From Actinomycetota bacterium (GTDB lineage Bacteria; Actinomycetota; Actinomycetes; S36-B12; UBA5976), in assembly GCA_009698575.1 (NCBI GenBank), contig WLPX01000004.1, positions 16,160 through 80,159 of the forward strand: 64,000 bases of DNA, in the 5' to 3' direction. The notes below the pieces were generated by a model. It ran no database searches and had not been told where the DNA came from. It saw only the letters and a program-made list of their open reading frames with translations. The translations under genes and the position numbers were made by a program. Numbering within the stretch: position 1 is the stretch's first letter; each line of letters starts with the position of its first letter. Shown piece after piece: positions 18,759 through 29,746 of this stretch.

Positions 18759-20272
18759 GGCCGGCGAACCACTTCATCAATTGCTGTCATGCCATCGTGG
18801 GCAATTCCAAAACCTTCAAGCACATGCTTACCAAGTTTTGCTTCATCAGGAAGTTCAACTGGATAGACACCATCAAAGCAAGCTCGGCATAACCGATCCT
18901 TTGCCACGTTGGTTGATTCCACCAAAGCATCGAGGGAAATAAATGAAAGCGAATCTGCGCCAATTGACTGCCGAATTTCATCGATCGTTAAACCATTGGC
19001 AATAAGTTCCGCTCGGGTAGCAAAGTCAATGCCATAAAAACATGGCCACTGGACTGGTGGGCTAGAAATCCGAACGTGAACTTCCAAAGCGCCAGCCTCG
19101 CGCAACATCTTTACAATCGCTCGCTGGGTGTTGCCGCGAACGATGGAGTCGTCCACAACAACTAACCGCTTGCCTTCAATCACTTCGCGAAGTGGATTGA
19201 GTTTCAACCGAATACCAAGTTGGCGAATAGTTTGGCTTGGCTGAATAAAAGTTCGTCCAACGTATGCGTTCTTAACGAAGCCCTGCGCGAAGGGAATTCC
19301 ACTGGCTTGGGCGTAACCAACTGCAGCCGGAGTTCCTGATTCTGGCACTGGAATAACCACATCAGCATCAACTGGGAATTCTTTTGCTAGGCGACGCCCC
19401 ACTTCAACACGCACGCCGTGGACCGCATTGCCATTAATCGAAGTATCAGGACGAGCCAAATAAACAAACTCAAACAGGCAACCCTTTGGATCAGCCTCAG
19501 CAAATCGCATCGAACGCAAGCCGTGTTCATCGATGGCAACAATTTCACCTGGTTCAATTTCGCGGACAAAAGTAGCGCCCACGATATCTAGTGCTGCAGT
19601 CTCTGAAGCAATTACCCAGCCGCGCTCAAGGCGACCCAAAACCAACGGACGAATTCCCTGCGGATCTCGAGCGCCATACAAAGTTTGATCATCCATGAAC
19701 ACCAGCGAGAATGCGCCAGCAACTTTAGGGAGCTCAAGCATTGCAGCAGCTTCCATAGTCATGTCAGGATGCGCGGCAAGTAACGCAGTCAAAATATCAG
19801 TATCGGTGGTTGCTAAGTTTCCAAAGTCTGGATACAGCTCGCCTGCAGATTCGCGTGCCTCGCGAAGACGCGAAGAAAGTTCGTGAGTGTTAGTTATGTT
19901 GCCGTTATGAGAAAGCGCGAGGTGGCCGGTTGCTGTGGCACGGAATGTTGGTTGAGCGTTATCCCAGCAACTAGAGCCGGTAGTGCTGTAACGGGTGTGA
20001 CCAATTGCGATGTAACCAACTAAGGATTCCAGTGCCGATTCAGTAAAGACTTGAGAAACCAGTCCCATGTCTTTAAATACCGTGATGTTGTGACCATCGC
20101 TAACGGCGATGCCAGCTGATTCTTGGCCGCGATGTTGCAGCGCATACAGACCATAAAACGTAAGTTTGGCTACTTCTTCTCCGGGAGCCCATACGCCAAA
20201 TACGCCGCAGGCATCCTGCGGACCTTTTTCCCCTGGGAGCAACTCGTGATTGAGTCGACCATCGCCTGCCAC
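18755..20272 (-). CDS. purF: Amidophosphoribosyltransferase
   Basis: DACGVFG (Ntn Cys), LQHRGQESAG, IGHTRYSTTG, VVVDDSIVRGNT, CFYGIDF, CRACFDG. Confidence 0.98.
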   Translation of the reverse strand: MAGDGRLNHELLPGEKGPQDACGVFGVWAPGEEVAKLTFYGLYALQHRGQESAGIAVSDGHNITVFKDMGLVSQVFTESALESLVGYIAIGHTRYSTTGSSCWDNAQPTFRATATGHLALSHNGNITNTHELSSRLREARESAGELYPDFGNLATTDTDILTALLAAHPDMTMEAAAMLELPKVAGAFSLVFMDDQTLYGARDPQGIRPLVLGRLERGWVIASETAALDIVGATFVREIEPGEIVAIDEHGLRSMRFAEADPKGCLFEFVYLARPDTSINGNAVHGVRVEVGRRLAKEFPVDADVVIPVPESGTPAAVGYAQASGIPFAQGFVKNAYVGRTFIQPSQTIRQLGIRLKLNPLREVIEGKRLVVVDDSIVRGNTQRAIVKMLREAGALEVHVRISSPPVQWPCFYGIDFATRAELIANGLTIDEIRQSIGADSLSFISLDALVESTNVAKDRLCRACFDGVYPVELPDEAKLGKHVLEGFGIAHDGMTAIDEVVRRP

Positions 20273-20313
20273 GCCCCTAGTCTACTTGCCAACACCTGCG
20301 AGAAGATGGGTAC

Positions 20314-20661
20314 ATGTCCAAGGTTAACCGCGCCCTCGCGTTAGGCAATGCAACTATCGCCTTGGCCAATCCAACAAACCCTGAATTACTTGCCACCGGA
20401 GTTCGCACATCCCTGGAATGGTTTGCCGAACAAAACCCAGGACGTGCGGTTGAAGTCCGAGTCCCGCCGTACCTCGCCGTTCAGATCCTTGGCGGCACCA
20501 CACATCGCCGTGGCACACCACCAGCAGTCGTTGAGATGAGTCCACAAACCTGGCTGGAGTTATTCACCAAGAATCTAACTTGGGATGATGCAGTTTCAAC
20601 CGGGAAAATTAGTGCCAGCGGCGAACGAAGTGATTTAAGTAAATTTTTGGATCAGATTTAA
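20314..20661 (+). CDS. SCP2-like sterol carrier family protein
   Basis: PGRAVEVRVPPYLAVQILGGTTHRRGTPPAVVEM...ISASGERSDLS; conserved between purF and purL in actinobacteria. Confidence 0.82.
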   Translation: MSKVNRALALGNATIALANPTNPELLATGVRTSLEWFAEQNPGRAVEVRVPPYLAVQILGGTTHRRGTPPAVVEMSPQTWLELFTKNLTWDDAVSTGKISASGERSDLSKFLDQI

Positions 20662-20674
20662 CTAAGAAAATTGT

Positions 20675-22942
20675 CTATCCAAATAGGCGAGGAAGTGTTT
20701 CTTCACTAATTACGCGAAGTTCGTCAATAGCTAGCGAAATAGTTTCGCCAAATACTCCAGTCAATTCAATGGACTTAATTGAGGAATCAACCGAGCCAAT
20801 CTTGGTAACTGGGAATGACTTTGACTGACAAAGTGTCAAGAAAGCATCATTTTGATTCTGTGGAACTACAACAACAGCACGTGTTGCTGACTCACTCCAC
20901 AAAAATGTAAATGCGTCAAGCCCAGCTGGGACATCCAAACGAACACCAATTCCAGACCGCATCGCCATCTCGGCAGTTGTCTGAGCAATTCCACCTTCAG
21001 AAACATCGTGAGCTGCCGAGAAGAACCCTTCTCGCGAACCTGCAACCAAAATCTCAGCCAAAGTCATTTCAGCATTTAGATCCAAAACTGGTGGCAAGCC
21101 ACCGAGGTGATTATGAATTGCGTGGGCCCATTCCGAGCCAGCTAGTTCATCGCGAGTGGTTCCAAGCACATAAACAAATTCACCATCGAGTCCCCAGGCC
21201 ATCGGTGTGCGGCGCTCAACATTTTGGATAACTCCAAGTACACCGATCACTGGTGTTGGATGAATTGCAACCTCACCGGTTTGGTTATAGAACGATACGT
21301 TGCCACCTGTAACTGGAGTTCCCATTTCTAGACACGCATCAGCAAGACCAGTGACCGCCTGCTCAAACTGCCACATCACAGCTGGATCTTCTGGAGAACC
21401 AAAGTTTAAGCAGTTCGTTACTGCCAGTGGCTTTGCACCAGTCACGGCAACGTTGCGGTAAGACTCTGCAAGAGCAAGCTGCGCTCCCTTATAGGGATCA
21501 AGCGCAGCAAACCGAGCATTGCAATCCGTTGAAACTGCAACACCCAGTCCAGTCTTTTCATCGACTCGAATCATGCCGCTATCTTCTGGTTGAGCCAGGA
21601 TCGTATTGCCCATCACGTAGCGGTCGTATTGTGAAGTCACCCAAGACTTCGATGCAAGGTTTGGAGTGCCAGTCATGGTTAACCAAGTTTGCTTAACTTG
21701 AGCAGCACTTGATGGTCGTACTAAATTCTCTGGACCAGATGCCTGACGAACATCCATCCAATCTGGACGGGCATAAGGGCGTTCGTAAACCGGACCATCG
21801 TGGGCAACAGATCGAGGTGGCACATCAACAATTTGCTCACCGTGCGATTCAACGGTCAAGCGCCCAGAATTATTCACTTCGCCAATTACGACTGCTTCAA
21901 CATCCCACTTCTTGCAAACAGCCATGAAAGCGTCGATCTTGGCTGGCTCAACAACCGCACACATGCGCTCTTGCGATTCACTCATCAAGATTTCTTCTGG
22001 TGACAACGTGCTATCGCGTAGTAAGACCCGATCTAGCCAAACGTGCATGCCACCTTCGCCATTGCTGGCGAGCTCACTCGTAGCGCAAGATATTCCCGCG
22101 CCACCCAAATCCTGAATGCCTTCAACTAAGCCACCGTGCAAAACTTCCAATGTGCATTCAATAAGTAACTTCTCCATAAATGGATCGCCAACTTGGACGC
22201 TTGGTCGCTTGGCTGGTCCGTCAGCATCGAAAGTTTCGGATGCAAGCACGCTAACGCCGCCAATGCCATCGCCACCGGTTCGTGCACCATAAAGGATGAC
22301 AGCATTACCAATGCCCGTTGCTTTGGCCAAATGAATGTCTTCGTGCTTCATGGTTCCAACGCAAAGCGCATTAACTAGCGGATTGCCCTGATAGCTCGGA
22401 TCGAAGACAATTTCGCCACCAATGTTTGGCAGACCTAAACAGTTTCCGTAGCCACCAATACCTGAAACTATTCCTGTCAGCACTCGACGAGTGTCAGGGT
22501 TTTCAGGATCACCGAATCGAAGTGGATCCATTACGGCAACTGGACGAGCGCCCATAGAAATAATGTCGCGAACAATGCCACCAATTCCAGTTGCGGCACC
22601 TTGATATGGCTCAACATACGAAGGGTGATTATGCGACTCGACCTTGAAAGTCACTGCCCAACCTTGACCAATGTCAACAACGCCAGCATTCTCGCCAATA
22701 CCAACCAGCATGGAATTATTCTTTGGAACCTTGGTTCCAAACTGACGAAGGTGAACTTTTGATGACTTATAGCTGCAGTGCTCAGACCACATCACTGAAT
22801 ACATGGCCAACTCAGATGAGGTTGGTCGGCGGCCCAAAATCCCTCGAATTGATTCGTATTCGTCTTTCTTTAATCCAAGTTCAGCAAACGGCTGAGATTC
22901 ATCCGGAGAGGAAATCGCATCAGAAACTTTGTCGACGCTCAT
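20675..22942 (-). CDS. purL: FGAM synthase subunit PurL
   Basis: [50 protein letters not shown]. Confidence 0.98.
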   Translation of the reverse strand: MSVDKVSDAISSPDESQPFAELGLKKDEYESIRGILGRRPTSSELAMYSVMWSEHCSYKSSKVHLRQFGTKVPKNNSMLVGIGENAGVVDIGQGWAVTFKVESHNHPSYVEPYQGAATGIGGIVRDIISMGARPVAVMDPLRFGDPENPDTRRVLTGIVSGIGGYGNCLGLPNIGGEIVFDPSYQGNPLVNALCVGTMKHEDIHLAKATGIGNAVILYGARTGGDGIGGVSVLASETFDADGPAKRPSVQVGDPFMEKLLIECTLEVLHGGLVEGIQDLGGAGISCATSELASNGEGGMHVWLDRVLLRDSTLSPEEILMSESQERMCAVVEPAKIDAFMAVCKKWDVEAVVIGEVNNSGRLTVESHGEQIVDVPPRSVAHDGPVYERPYARPDWMDVRQASGPENLVRPSSAAQVKQTWLTMTGTPNLASKSWVTSQYDRYVMGNTILAQPEDSGMIRVDEKTGLGVAVSTDCNARFAALDPYKGAQLALAESYRNVAVTGAKPLAVTNCLNFGSPEDPAVMWQFEQAVTGLADACLEMGTPVTGGNVSFYNQTGEVAIHPTPVIGVLGVIQNVERRTPMAWGLDGEFVYVLGTTRDELAGSEWAHAIHNHLGGLPPVLDLNAEMTLAEILVAGSREGFFSAAHDVSEGGIAQTTAEMAMRSGIGVRLDVPAGLDAFTFLWSESATRAVVVVPQNQNDAFLTLCQSKSFPVTKIGSVDSSIKSIELTGVFGETISLAIDELRVISEETLPRLFG

Positions 22943-23631
22943 GCTGAAACTTTTCCATCGTTTACCAATGACTTGAGTAGCGAGGAGAAAAAGCCCAGAC
23001 CATCAGTAGTCGGACCGGTCAATGTCTCAACAGCATGTTCTGGGTGCGGCATGATGCCAACCACATTGCCTCGAGAATTAGTAATCCCAGCAATGTCGCG
23101 GCGCGAACCATTTGGGTTGATCTCTAAGTAACGAGCAATTACTCGTCCTTCACCTTCAAGTTCATCCAAAGTCTTTTCATCGGCAACGTATCCACCTTCA
23201 CCATTCTTGAGTGGAATCAGGATTTCGTCACCAACATTAAAGTCAGAGGTCCACGCAGAGGTGTTGTTTTCAATTCGAAGTTTTTGATCTCGACAAATGA
23301 AATGTAAATGATCATTTCGAGTTAACGCTCCAGGCAGCAGATGGGATTCCGTCAAAACTTGGAAGCCGTTACAAATTCCCAAAATTGGCAGGCCACCGTT
23401 TGCCGCATCAACAAGCTTTTCCATAACGGGTGCGAACTTTGCAATCGCTCCGCAACGCAAGTAGTCGCCGTATGAAAATCCACCAGGTAAAACAACAGCA
23501 TCTACGGAATGAAGATCGGCATCAGCGTGCCAAAGCGCAACTGAGTCGGCGCCAGCAATTCGCACAGCACGTGCTGCGTCTTTATCATCAAGAGATCCAG
23601 GGAAGGTGATCACGCCAACCCGTGGAGTCAT
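22939..23631 (-). CDS. purQ: FGAM synthase glutaminase subunit PurQ
   Basis: [27 protein letters not shown]. Confidence 0.98.
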   Translation of the reverse strand: MTPRVGVITFPGSLDDKDAARAVRIAGADSVALWHADADLHSVDAVVLPGGFSYGDYLRCGAIAKFAPVMEKLVDAANGGLPILGICNGFQVLTESHLLPGALTRNDHLHFICRDQKLRIENNTSAWTSDFNVGDEILIPLKNGEGGYVADEKTLDELEGEGRVIARYLEINPNGSRRDIAGITNSRGNVVGIMPHPEHAVETLTGPTTDGLGFFSSLLKSLVNDGKVSA

Positions 23632-23873
23632 CGGCGAACCTGCACAGTGAAATCTTCGATAACTGGGTTACTTAAAAGAGTTGAAGCAATTTCATTTATC
23701 TGAGCGAGCTTGGCATCATCAATTTCGCCGTCGATAGTCAGCACAAACTGCTTGCCTTGTCGCACATCCGCAACGCCAGAAAGGCCAACGCGACCAAGAG
23801 CACTAACAATGGCACGACCTTGTGGGTCAAGAATTTCAGGCTTAAGTGCTACATCAACAACGACAATTGCCAC
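23628..23873 (-). CDS. purS: FGAM synthase subunit PurS
   Basis: [24 protein letters not shown]. Confidence 0.96.
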   Translation of the reverse strand: MAIVVVDVALKPEILDPQGRAIVSALGRVGLSGVADVRQGKQFVLTIDGEIDDAKLAQINEIASTLLSNPVIEDFTVQVRR

Positions 23874-23955
23874 GGCTACTCCAAAAAGGCTTCTACGAAT
23901 ACTCTAATGGATTCTCGTAATCAACATTCGATGGGGCACATGGCAGATCTGAAGG

Positions 23956-24873
23956 CTAATTTTTAACCACTAAAACACCTAAGCGACCTAAGCGCAATCC
24001 ACCGACTTTTGCATTAGGTGTAGCCTCTGTTTTGAGAACAGTCGTTCCTAACTTTTCTAAAAGCATTGAAATCGACTTTAGATTGTAATAATTCAGGTGT
24101 TCCGACTGCTTAACTACCCCACGTTTCGGGATGCTGAATCCAAATTGGCGAGCAATTCCAGAAGCAAAGTCATGTGCAATGAATTTTCGTTTGCTGCTAG
24201 TTGATATTCGACTAAGCATTTCTGCATACTTCTCAGATCCATGATGACTCTTTATAGATGGGCGATCCATTGGAACTTCGACGTATAAGTAGGATCCAGA
24301 ATTCAAATGGGAAATCAAATTAGTGAAAAAATCTATCGGATCATTTACGTGTTCCGCGATGTGGGCTGCCACAATTAGATCAATTTTATCCTTCACAACA
24401 CCAAGGGAAGGTTCGCGAGAAACATTTTTTCGCAATGTCTTATTGGATACATCAATAACGATTCTTTCTTGGATATCTATCTCTGGAAAAAATTGTCCCT
24501 CATCTCCACCAAAGTCGACGACGGTTTTGCATTCCTGCAGCCCTGCAGAAATCAATATATTGGTCATGAATGAAACACGCTCATCTACATGATCAGACTC
24601 ACCAGAATAAGCATCATTTACTGTTCGTCGATACCACGGTTCCCAAGAATTCCGCACTGCATAATAGTTATCGCTGCGATACCCGGAATACATCGCTGCC
24701 ATTTCATTGTCTGAAAATCTTTTTTCAAAGAAACTAAATTCACAATTGTCGCAATTCAACAAAGTTGTGAACTGTGGATCCTTTTGGCCGGATATTTCGG
24801 TGATCCATGGCGCCACTACTGCATTAGCAATTTTTGTAACGCTTGCACCGCATGCGAGGCATTGATTTGCCAT
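23956..24873 (-). CDS. Class I SAM-dependent methyltransferase with N-terminal CxxC/CxxC motif
   Basis: CLAC...CDNC, VVDFGGDEG, HIAEHVNDP, LYVEVP, EHLNYY; ATG at 24873 immediately after the rfbG stop. Confidence 0.75.
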   Translation of the reverse strand: MANQCLACGASVTKIANAVVAPWITEISGQKDPQFTTLLNCDNCEFSFFEKRFSDNEMAAMYSGYRSDNYYAVRNSWEPWYRRTVNDAYSGESDHVDERVSFMTNILISAGLQECKTVVDFGGDEGQFFPEIDIQERIVIDVSNKTLRKNVSREPSLGVVKDKIDLIVAAHIAEHVNDPIDFFTNLISHLNSGSYLYVEVPMDRPSIKSHHGSEKYAEMLSRISTSSKRKFIAHDFASGIARQFGFSIPKRGVVKQSEHLNYYNLKSISMLLEKLGTTVLKTEATPNAKVGGLRLGRLGVLVVKN

Positions 24874-24874
24874 G

Positions 24875-25900
24875 TTAACCACCTTTAATTTCCAAGAAGG
24901 CACTCAATTGTTTTTGAGAAATCCCTAAGGCATGCTCACCAGATAAGAATTGCTTATGCCATCTAACTGTCCACTCAATTGAATCTCTAAACTCAAGCTT
25001 GTTTTTCCATAGCAAATTACTTTTTGCTCTTGTTGCATCCAGTGCTAACAAGCCAGCCTCATGTGGATTTTCCTGCACGTCATGTGACCATACAGATTTA
25101 CTACCCCATAAATCGGCCACAATTGTGGCAACTTCTCCCACGGAAACGAAGCTGTCTTGATCAGGCCCAATGTTAAACGATTCAGGCATTTTCTTGGACA
25201 TCAATAAACGATCACAAATCATTAGGTACCCATTTAGGCAATCAAGTACGTGTTGCCAAGGACGTACGGCTTGCGGGTAGCGCAGTACAGGAGGCATCCC
25301 ATTTACGTACGAATTGATCAGATCCGGTAACAGCCGATCTGGGCTAACGTCGCCACCACCGATTACATTTCCTGCTCTCGCGATTGCCGTGGGTGCGCCT
25401 GGAAATGACGTTATCCATGAATGAGTAGCAATGTCTGCCATTGCTTTTGAGGCACTGTATGGATCATCTCCGCCTAGAGGGTCGTCTTCAACGTAACCAG
25501 CAATCTGATTTACATTTCGGTAAACCTTGTCTGTAGTTATAACCAGGTGAGCCTTAACAGCAGGCGTAGCGGAAACTGATTCCAGAATATTTAGAGTCCC
25601 CATTGCATTGGTCTCAAACGTTGTGCGCGGGTCTTTATATGATTCGCGTACAAGTGGTTGGGCAGCCATGTGGATAACTACATCTGGTGAAGTCGACGTA
25701 ATTGCCTCCTTAACGGCGGAAAAGTCCCGGATATCAACACGCATATCATTGGTAATTAAATCTTTTACACCCGCAACTTCATAAAGGCTGCCAGTGATTG
25801 GGTCAAGTGATATTCCCGAGACGGAATGGCCTTGAGATTGTAGCCAAATTGAAAGCCACGCTCCCTTAAATCCTGTATGACCGGTTATCAAGTAGTGCAT
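24875..25900 (-). CDS. rfbG: CDP-glucose 4,6-dehydratase
   Basis: ITGHTGFKGAWL, HMAAQPLVRESY, TTDKVY, DPYSASK, ARAGNVIGGGD, RPWQHVLD, HEAGLLALD. Confidence 0.95.
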   Translation of the reverse strand: MHYLITGHTGFKGAWLSIWLQSQGHSVSGISLDPITGSLYEVAGVKDLITNDMRVDIRDFSAVKEAITSTSPDVVIHMAAQPLVRESYKDPRTTFETNAMGTLNILESVSATPAVKAHLVITTDKVYRNVNQIAGYVEDDPLGGDDPYSASKAMADIATHSWITSFPGAPTAIARAGNVIGGGDVSPDRLLPDLINSYVNGMPPVLRYPQAVRPWQHVLDCLNGYLMICDRLLMSKKMPESFNIGPDQDSFVSVGEVATIVADLWGSKSVWSHDVQENPHEAGLLALDATRAKSNLLWKNKLEFRDSIEWTVRWHKQFLSGEHALGISQKQLSAFLEIKGG

Positions 25901-25910
25901 TTACAAATGC

Positions 25911-27230
25911 CTATGCGTGCTTATTTACAAACTCGGTGATCGAGTCAGAAATGTAATCCAGCATCGGTTCTGTTAGACCCGGATAAACACCGACCCAGAA
26001 TGTTCGGCGCATAACTATATCGGTGTTCGTTAAGTCACCAACAACGCGAAAATCAACATTTCTATATGCCGGTTGCTTCATAATGTTTCCAGCAAACATT
26101 AATCTCGTACCAATTTTTCGAGAATCCAAGAATCGCAACAATTCCTCTCTATTCACAGGATGTTTTGGATCAAGGGTGATTGGAAAACCAAACCATGATG
26201 GATCAGATTTTGGAGTGGCTTTTGGCATGATCAAGCCTTGAACGCCCTTTAGCTTCTTGGAGAGATACTTGAAATTCTTTTTACGAGCATCGCTGAAGGA
26301 ATCTAGTTTGGTGAGCTGTGAAAGACCTAGTGCCGCCTGCATGTCAGTAGCTTTTAGGTTGTAGCCGATGTGGCTGTAAATATACTTGTGGTCGTAACCT
26401 TCTGGCAGATCACCAAGCGTCCAACCAAAACGCTTATTACACGTGTCATCGTGACCAGTTTCGCAGTAGCAATCACGTCCCCAATCTCGGAAAGATTCAA
26501 CTTGTTTCTTGACTAACGGGGACTTAACAAATACCGCTCCACCCTCACCTGTTGTTATATGATGTGCTGGATAAAAACTAGCTGTTGCAGTGTCACCGAA
26601 GCTTCCAGTTTTTTGACCATCATATGTAGATCCAAGTGCGTCGCAAGAGTCTTCAATCAACCAAAGATTGTGTTCATCACACAACTCTTGCACGGTGTCC
26701 AAATCAAACGGGTTGCCTAAGGTGTGTGCCATCATGATCGCGCGAGTTTTTGGACCTACAGCTTCTCGCAATCGATCCGATTTTGCGTCATAGGTTTCTA
26801 ATTCAACGTCAACAACTACGGGCCTTAATCCATTTTGAATTATCGGATTTACTGTGGTTGGAAATCCCATGGCTACCGTCAAGACTTCGTCACCAGGCTT
26901 TAGTGCCTTTTTCCCGAGTTTTGGACTTGTCAACCCTGAAAGCGCAACAAGATTTGCACTTGAGCCACTGTTTACAAAAAGGGCACTTCGTGAACCTACG
27001 TATTTTGCAAGTTTTCTTTCAAACTCGGCAGTGAACCTACCTGCAGTAAGCCAGCCATCTAGGGATGAATCAACCAGTGCTACTAGATCGTCCGGATCGA
27101 GCACCTTCCCAGATACTGGAACGACTGACTCTCCAGGCTTGAATTCTGATTTTTCAAGGTTTTTTTCAGCAAATGCTCTTGCGGCATCCAGCGCGACTTT
27201 TCTTAATGTTTCCAACTCGCTTTTTGCCAC
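25911..27230 (-). CDS. rfbH: CDP-4-keto-6-deoxy-D-glucose 3-dehydrase (E1, PMP/[2Fe-2S])
   Basis: [32 protein letters not shown] (His in place of the PLP Lys), WGRDCYC..DDTC cluster motif, YDHKY. Confidence 0.95.
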   Translation of the reverse strand: MAKSELETLRKVALDAARAFAEKNLEKSEFKPGESVVPVSGKVLDPDDLVALVDSSLDGWLTAGRFTAEFERKLAKYVGSRSALFVNSGSSANLVALSGLTSPKLGKKALKPGDEVLTVAMGFPTTVNPIIQNGLRPVVVDVELETYDAKSDRLREAVGPKTRAIMMAHTLGNPFDLDTVQELCDEHNLWLIEDSCDALGSTYDGQKTGSFGDTATASFYPAHHITTGEGGAVFVKSPLVKKQVESFRDWGRDCYCETGHDDTCNKRFGWTLGDLPEGYDHKYIYSHIGYNLKATDMQAALGLSQLTKLDSFSDARKKNFKYLSKKLKGVQGLIMPKATPKSDPSWFGFPITLDPKHPVNREELLRFLDSRKIGTRLMFAGNIMKQPAYRNVDFRVVGDLTNTDIVMRRTFWVGVYPGLTEPMLDYISDSITEFVNKHA

Positions 27231-27353
27231 AAATTCTCCAAGTTTAAATATATTTAATTTTCATATTCTATCCCAACTGTTGCCAATTCGTTCTTAATCA
27301 TCAGATAAACGAAAGAGGGGTATCCTGTAACAACGCCGAATATTGGAGGAAAT

Positions 27354-28127
27354 GTGAAGGCTGTTTTACTTGCAGGCGGTCTTGGTACGCGTTTGCGCGA
27401 AGAAACCGAATTCAAGCCAAAACCTATGGTTGAAGTTGGTGGAAGACCAATAATTTGGCACATTATGAAGAACATAGCTATGCACAATATCGGAGAGTTT
27501 GTTGTTGCTACTGGATATAAGAGTGAAGTTATTAAGGACTATTTTCTAGACTATGAAGCAAGAAATAACGATTTCACGGTTTCACTCGGTGAAAAGCATG
27601 CAATTGAATTCCATGATGCCCACGATGAAGGCGACTGGAGAGTAACTCTCGCATTTACCGGTGAGTTAACTATGACCGGCGGACGCGTTAAGCGAATTGA
27701 AAAATACCTTGGTGGAGAAAGATTCCTCTGCACTTATGGAGACGGCCTAGCAGACGTAGATATTTCTGCCTTACTCGATTTCCATAAATCCCACGGAAAA
27801 CTAGCCACCGTAACTACCGTTCAACCTTCAAGTCGATTTGGAATCATGGATGTGAACTCAGGGGGTGAAGTTAAGAGCTTCAAAGAAAAGCCAAAGTTAG
27901 ACGGTTGGATAAACATTGGCTTCTTCATCTTTGAGCCTGAAGTATTAAGTTACCTAGACACAGAATGCGTGCTTGAACAGGAACCACTTGCAAAACTAGC
28001 CAAGGATGGCCAACTTATGGCATTTCGTCATGAGGGTTTCTGGCAACCAATGGATACGTATCGTGAATCAACGATGTTGAATGAGATGTGGAATGACGGA
28101 AGTGCTCCTTGGAAGACATGGAGTTAA
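27354..28127 (+). CDS. rfbF: Glucose-1-phosphate cytidylyltransferase
   Basis: LAGGLGTRLREET..KPKPMVEVG, TMTGGR, TYGDG, FWQPMDTYRE, APWKTW. Confidence 0.95.
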   Translation: MKAVLLAGGLGTRLREETEFKPKPMVEVGGRPIIWHIMKNIAMHNIGEFVVATGYKSEVIKDYFLDYEARNNDFTVSLGEKHAIEFHDAHDEGDWRVTLAFTGELTMTGGRVKRIEKYLGGERFLCTYGDGLADVDISALLDFHKSHGKLATVTTVQPSSRFGIMDVNSGGEVKSFKEKPKLDGWINIGFFIFEPEVLSYLDTECVLEQEPLAKLAKDGQLMAFRHEGFWQPMDTYRESTMLNEMWNDGSAPWKTWS

Positions 28128-28133
28128 AAAGTA

Positions 28134-29066
28134 ATGTCAAAAAAACTAATCAGCGTGATCATTCCTGCCTACAACGAAACAGAATGCATTGAAGAGCTTC
28201 ATTCGCGTCTTGCGAATATTTTTGATGTAGAAACTGACTACGACTTTGAAGCGGTGATCGTGGAAAATGGCTCGAGCGATGACACCTACGAGAAACTACT
28301 TGTAATTAACCAAAAGGATTCTAGATTCAAAATCCTAAAGCTGGCTAGAAACTTTCGAATGGATGGCGGCCTAACTGCTGGACTAAGTGTTATCGATAGC
28401 GATGCCTGTATTTTGATGACTGCTGACCTACAAGATCCCCCAGAACAAATTCCAGCCCTAATCAGGAAATGGGAAGAGGGATTTGAAAACATATACGGCA
28501 TTGTCACTGAGCGCCAGGGCACTGGGCCAATTAGAACATTCAATTCGAAGGCTTTTTATTGGGTCGCGGGGAAATTGACCGATAATCGAATTCCGAAGAA
28601 CGCAAGTGACTTTCGACTTCTTGACCGCAAAGTGTATGAAGCGGTTCGAGACATGGACGAGCGAAATCGTTTTGTACGCGGACTTGTTGCTTGGGTTGGA
28701 TTCACATCTGTTGGCGTGGAGATCGCTCGTCCGCCAAGATTCGCCGGCGAATCTAAGGCCTATTCATTCCAAGTTATTGACTTAGCATTCAAGGGCATTT
28801 TTGCGCATTCATACAAACCGTTAAGAATCATCACTGTGACAGGAATATTGGTCAGTGTGCTTTCGGTAATTGGATTCATCGCATTGGCATCGCGCTGGTT
28901 CTTAGTTGGCGTTCCATTCGGTGGCTATGGAACTCTCACAACAATTGCTCTTTTTTCTTTCGGGCTACTGACCTTTATGTTAGGAATCATTGCTGAATAT
29001 CTTGGCTTGATTTATGAGGAAGTTAAGAAGAGGCCAAACTACGTCGTTGACCGTTGGTTGTCTTAA
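28134..29066 (+). CDS. GT2 polyprenyl-phosphate glycosyltransferase (GtrB/ArnC-like)
   Basis: IPAYNE, NGSSDDT, RNF, TADLQDPPE, DFRLLDR, RFVRGLVAWVGF, two C-terminal TM helices, EEVKKRPNY. Confidence 0.88.
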   Translation: MSKKLISVIIPAYNETECIEELHSRLANIFDVETDYDFEAVIVENGSSDDTYEKLLVINQKDSRFKILKLARNFRMDGGLTAGLSVIDSDACILMTADLQDPPEQIPALIRKWEEGFENIYGIVTERQGTGPIRTFNSKAFYWVAGKLTDNRIPKNASDFRLLDRKVYEAVRDMDERNRFVRGLVAWVGFTSVGVEIARPPRFAGESKAYSFQVIDLAFKGIFAHSYKPLRIITVTGILVSVLSVIGFIALASRWFLVGVPFGGYGTLTTIALFSFGLLTFMLGIIAEYLGLIYEEVKKRPNYVVDRWLS

Positions 29067-29746
29067 TGAATCGGGTAGCGGTTTTTGGTAGTTCCGGCGC
29101 ATTGGGATCGACGATATCAAATGACTTTGAAAACTTGGGGTTTGATTCCGTTCGATTAACTAGTAGTTCTTCAAAAGAGAATCTTGTTTCTACTTTGGAT
29201 GAGAATTGGGTCGAAGTTCTTACTAAGCCCGGAAAACTCGATGCGGCCGTTTGGGCTCAAGGATTTAATCAGTCTGACAACATAAGTGAGTTTTCGATAG
29301 ATGTCTTTAATAAGCACCTTGATGCGAATGTTTCTTACATTCTTGACACTGTGCACAAACTTATTGCAGCCGATGCCTTTACAAACAGAGCCCGCATCGT
29401 AATTTTGAGTTCAATATGGCAAGAGTCATCGAAAGCGAACAAGCTTAGCTACATGGTTTCTAAGTCTGCTCTCAAAGGGCTAGTAACCAGTCTCTGCCTT
29501 GACTTGGGACATAAAGGCATAAGTGTCAATGCGGTATTGCCTGGTGTCACTGATTCGCCAATGACCCATCGCAACTTATCTTCAGAGCAAATTGCTCACG
29601 TGGTTGACGAGACACCCTTGAATATCCTGCCTCGAATCGAAGAAGTCTCAAAGACGGTTACGTGGTTAGCGTCTACAGACTCAAGCGGTATCAATGGACA
29701 ATTCATCACAGTTGATAACGGTTGGACTCGATACCGAAATGTTTGA
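29066..29746 (+). CDS. Classical SDR oxidoreductase
   Basis: GSSGALG, LSSIW, YMVSK, NAVLPG, INGQFITVDNG; TAATG overlap with the upstream gene. Confidence 0.88.
   Translation: MNRVAVFGSSGALGSTISNDFENLGFDSVRLTSSSSKENLVSTLDENWVEVLTKPGKLDAAVWAQGFNQSDNISEFSIDVFNKHLDANVSYILDTVHKLIAADAFTNRARIVILSSIWQESSKANKLSYMVSKSALKGLVTSLCLDLGHKGISVNAVLPGVTDSPMTHRNLSSEQIAHVVDETPLNILPRIEEVSKTVTWLASTDSSGINGQFITVDNGWTRYRNV

Noticed and set aside
23874-23955. ZTP (pfl) riboswitch upstream of the purS-Q-L operon
   Set aside because: The 82-nt gap shows none of the expected motif blocks.
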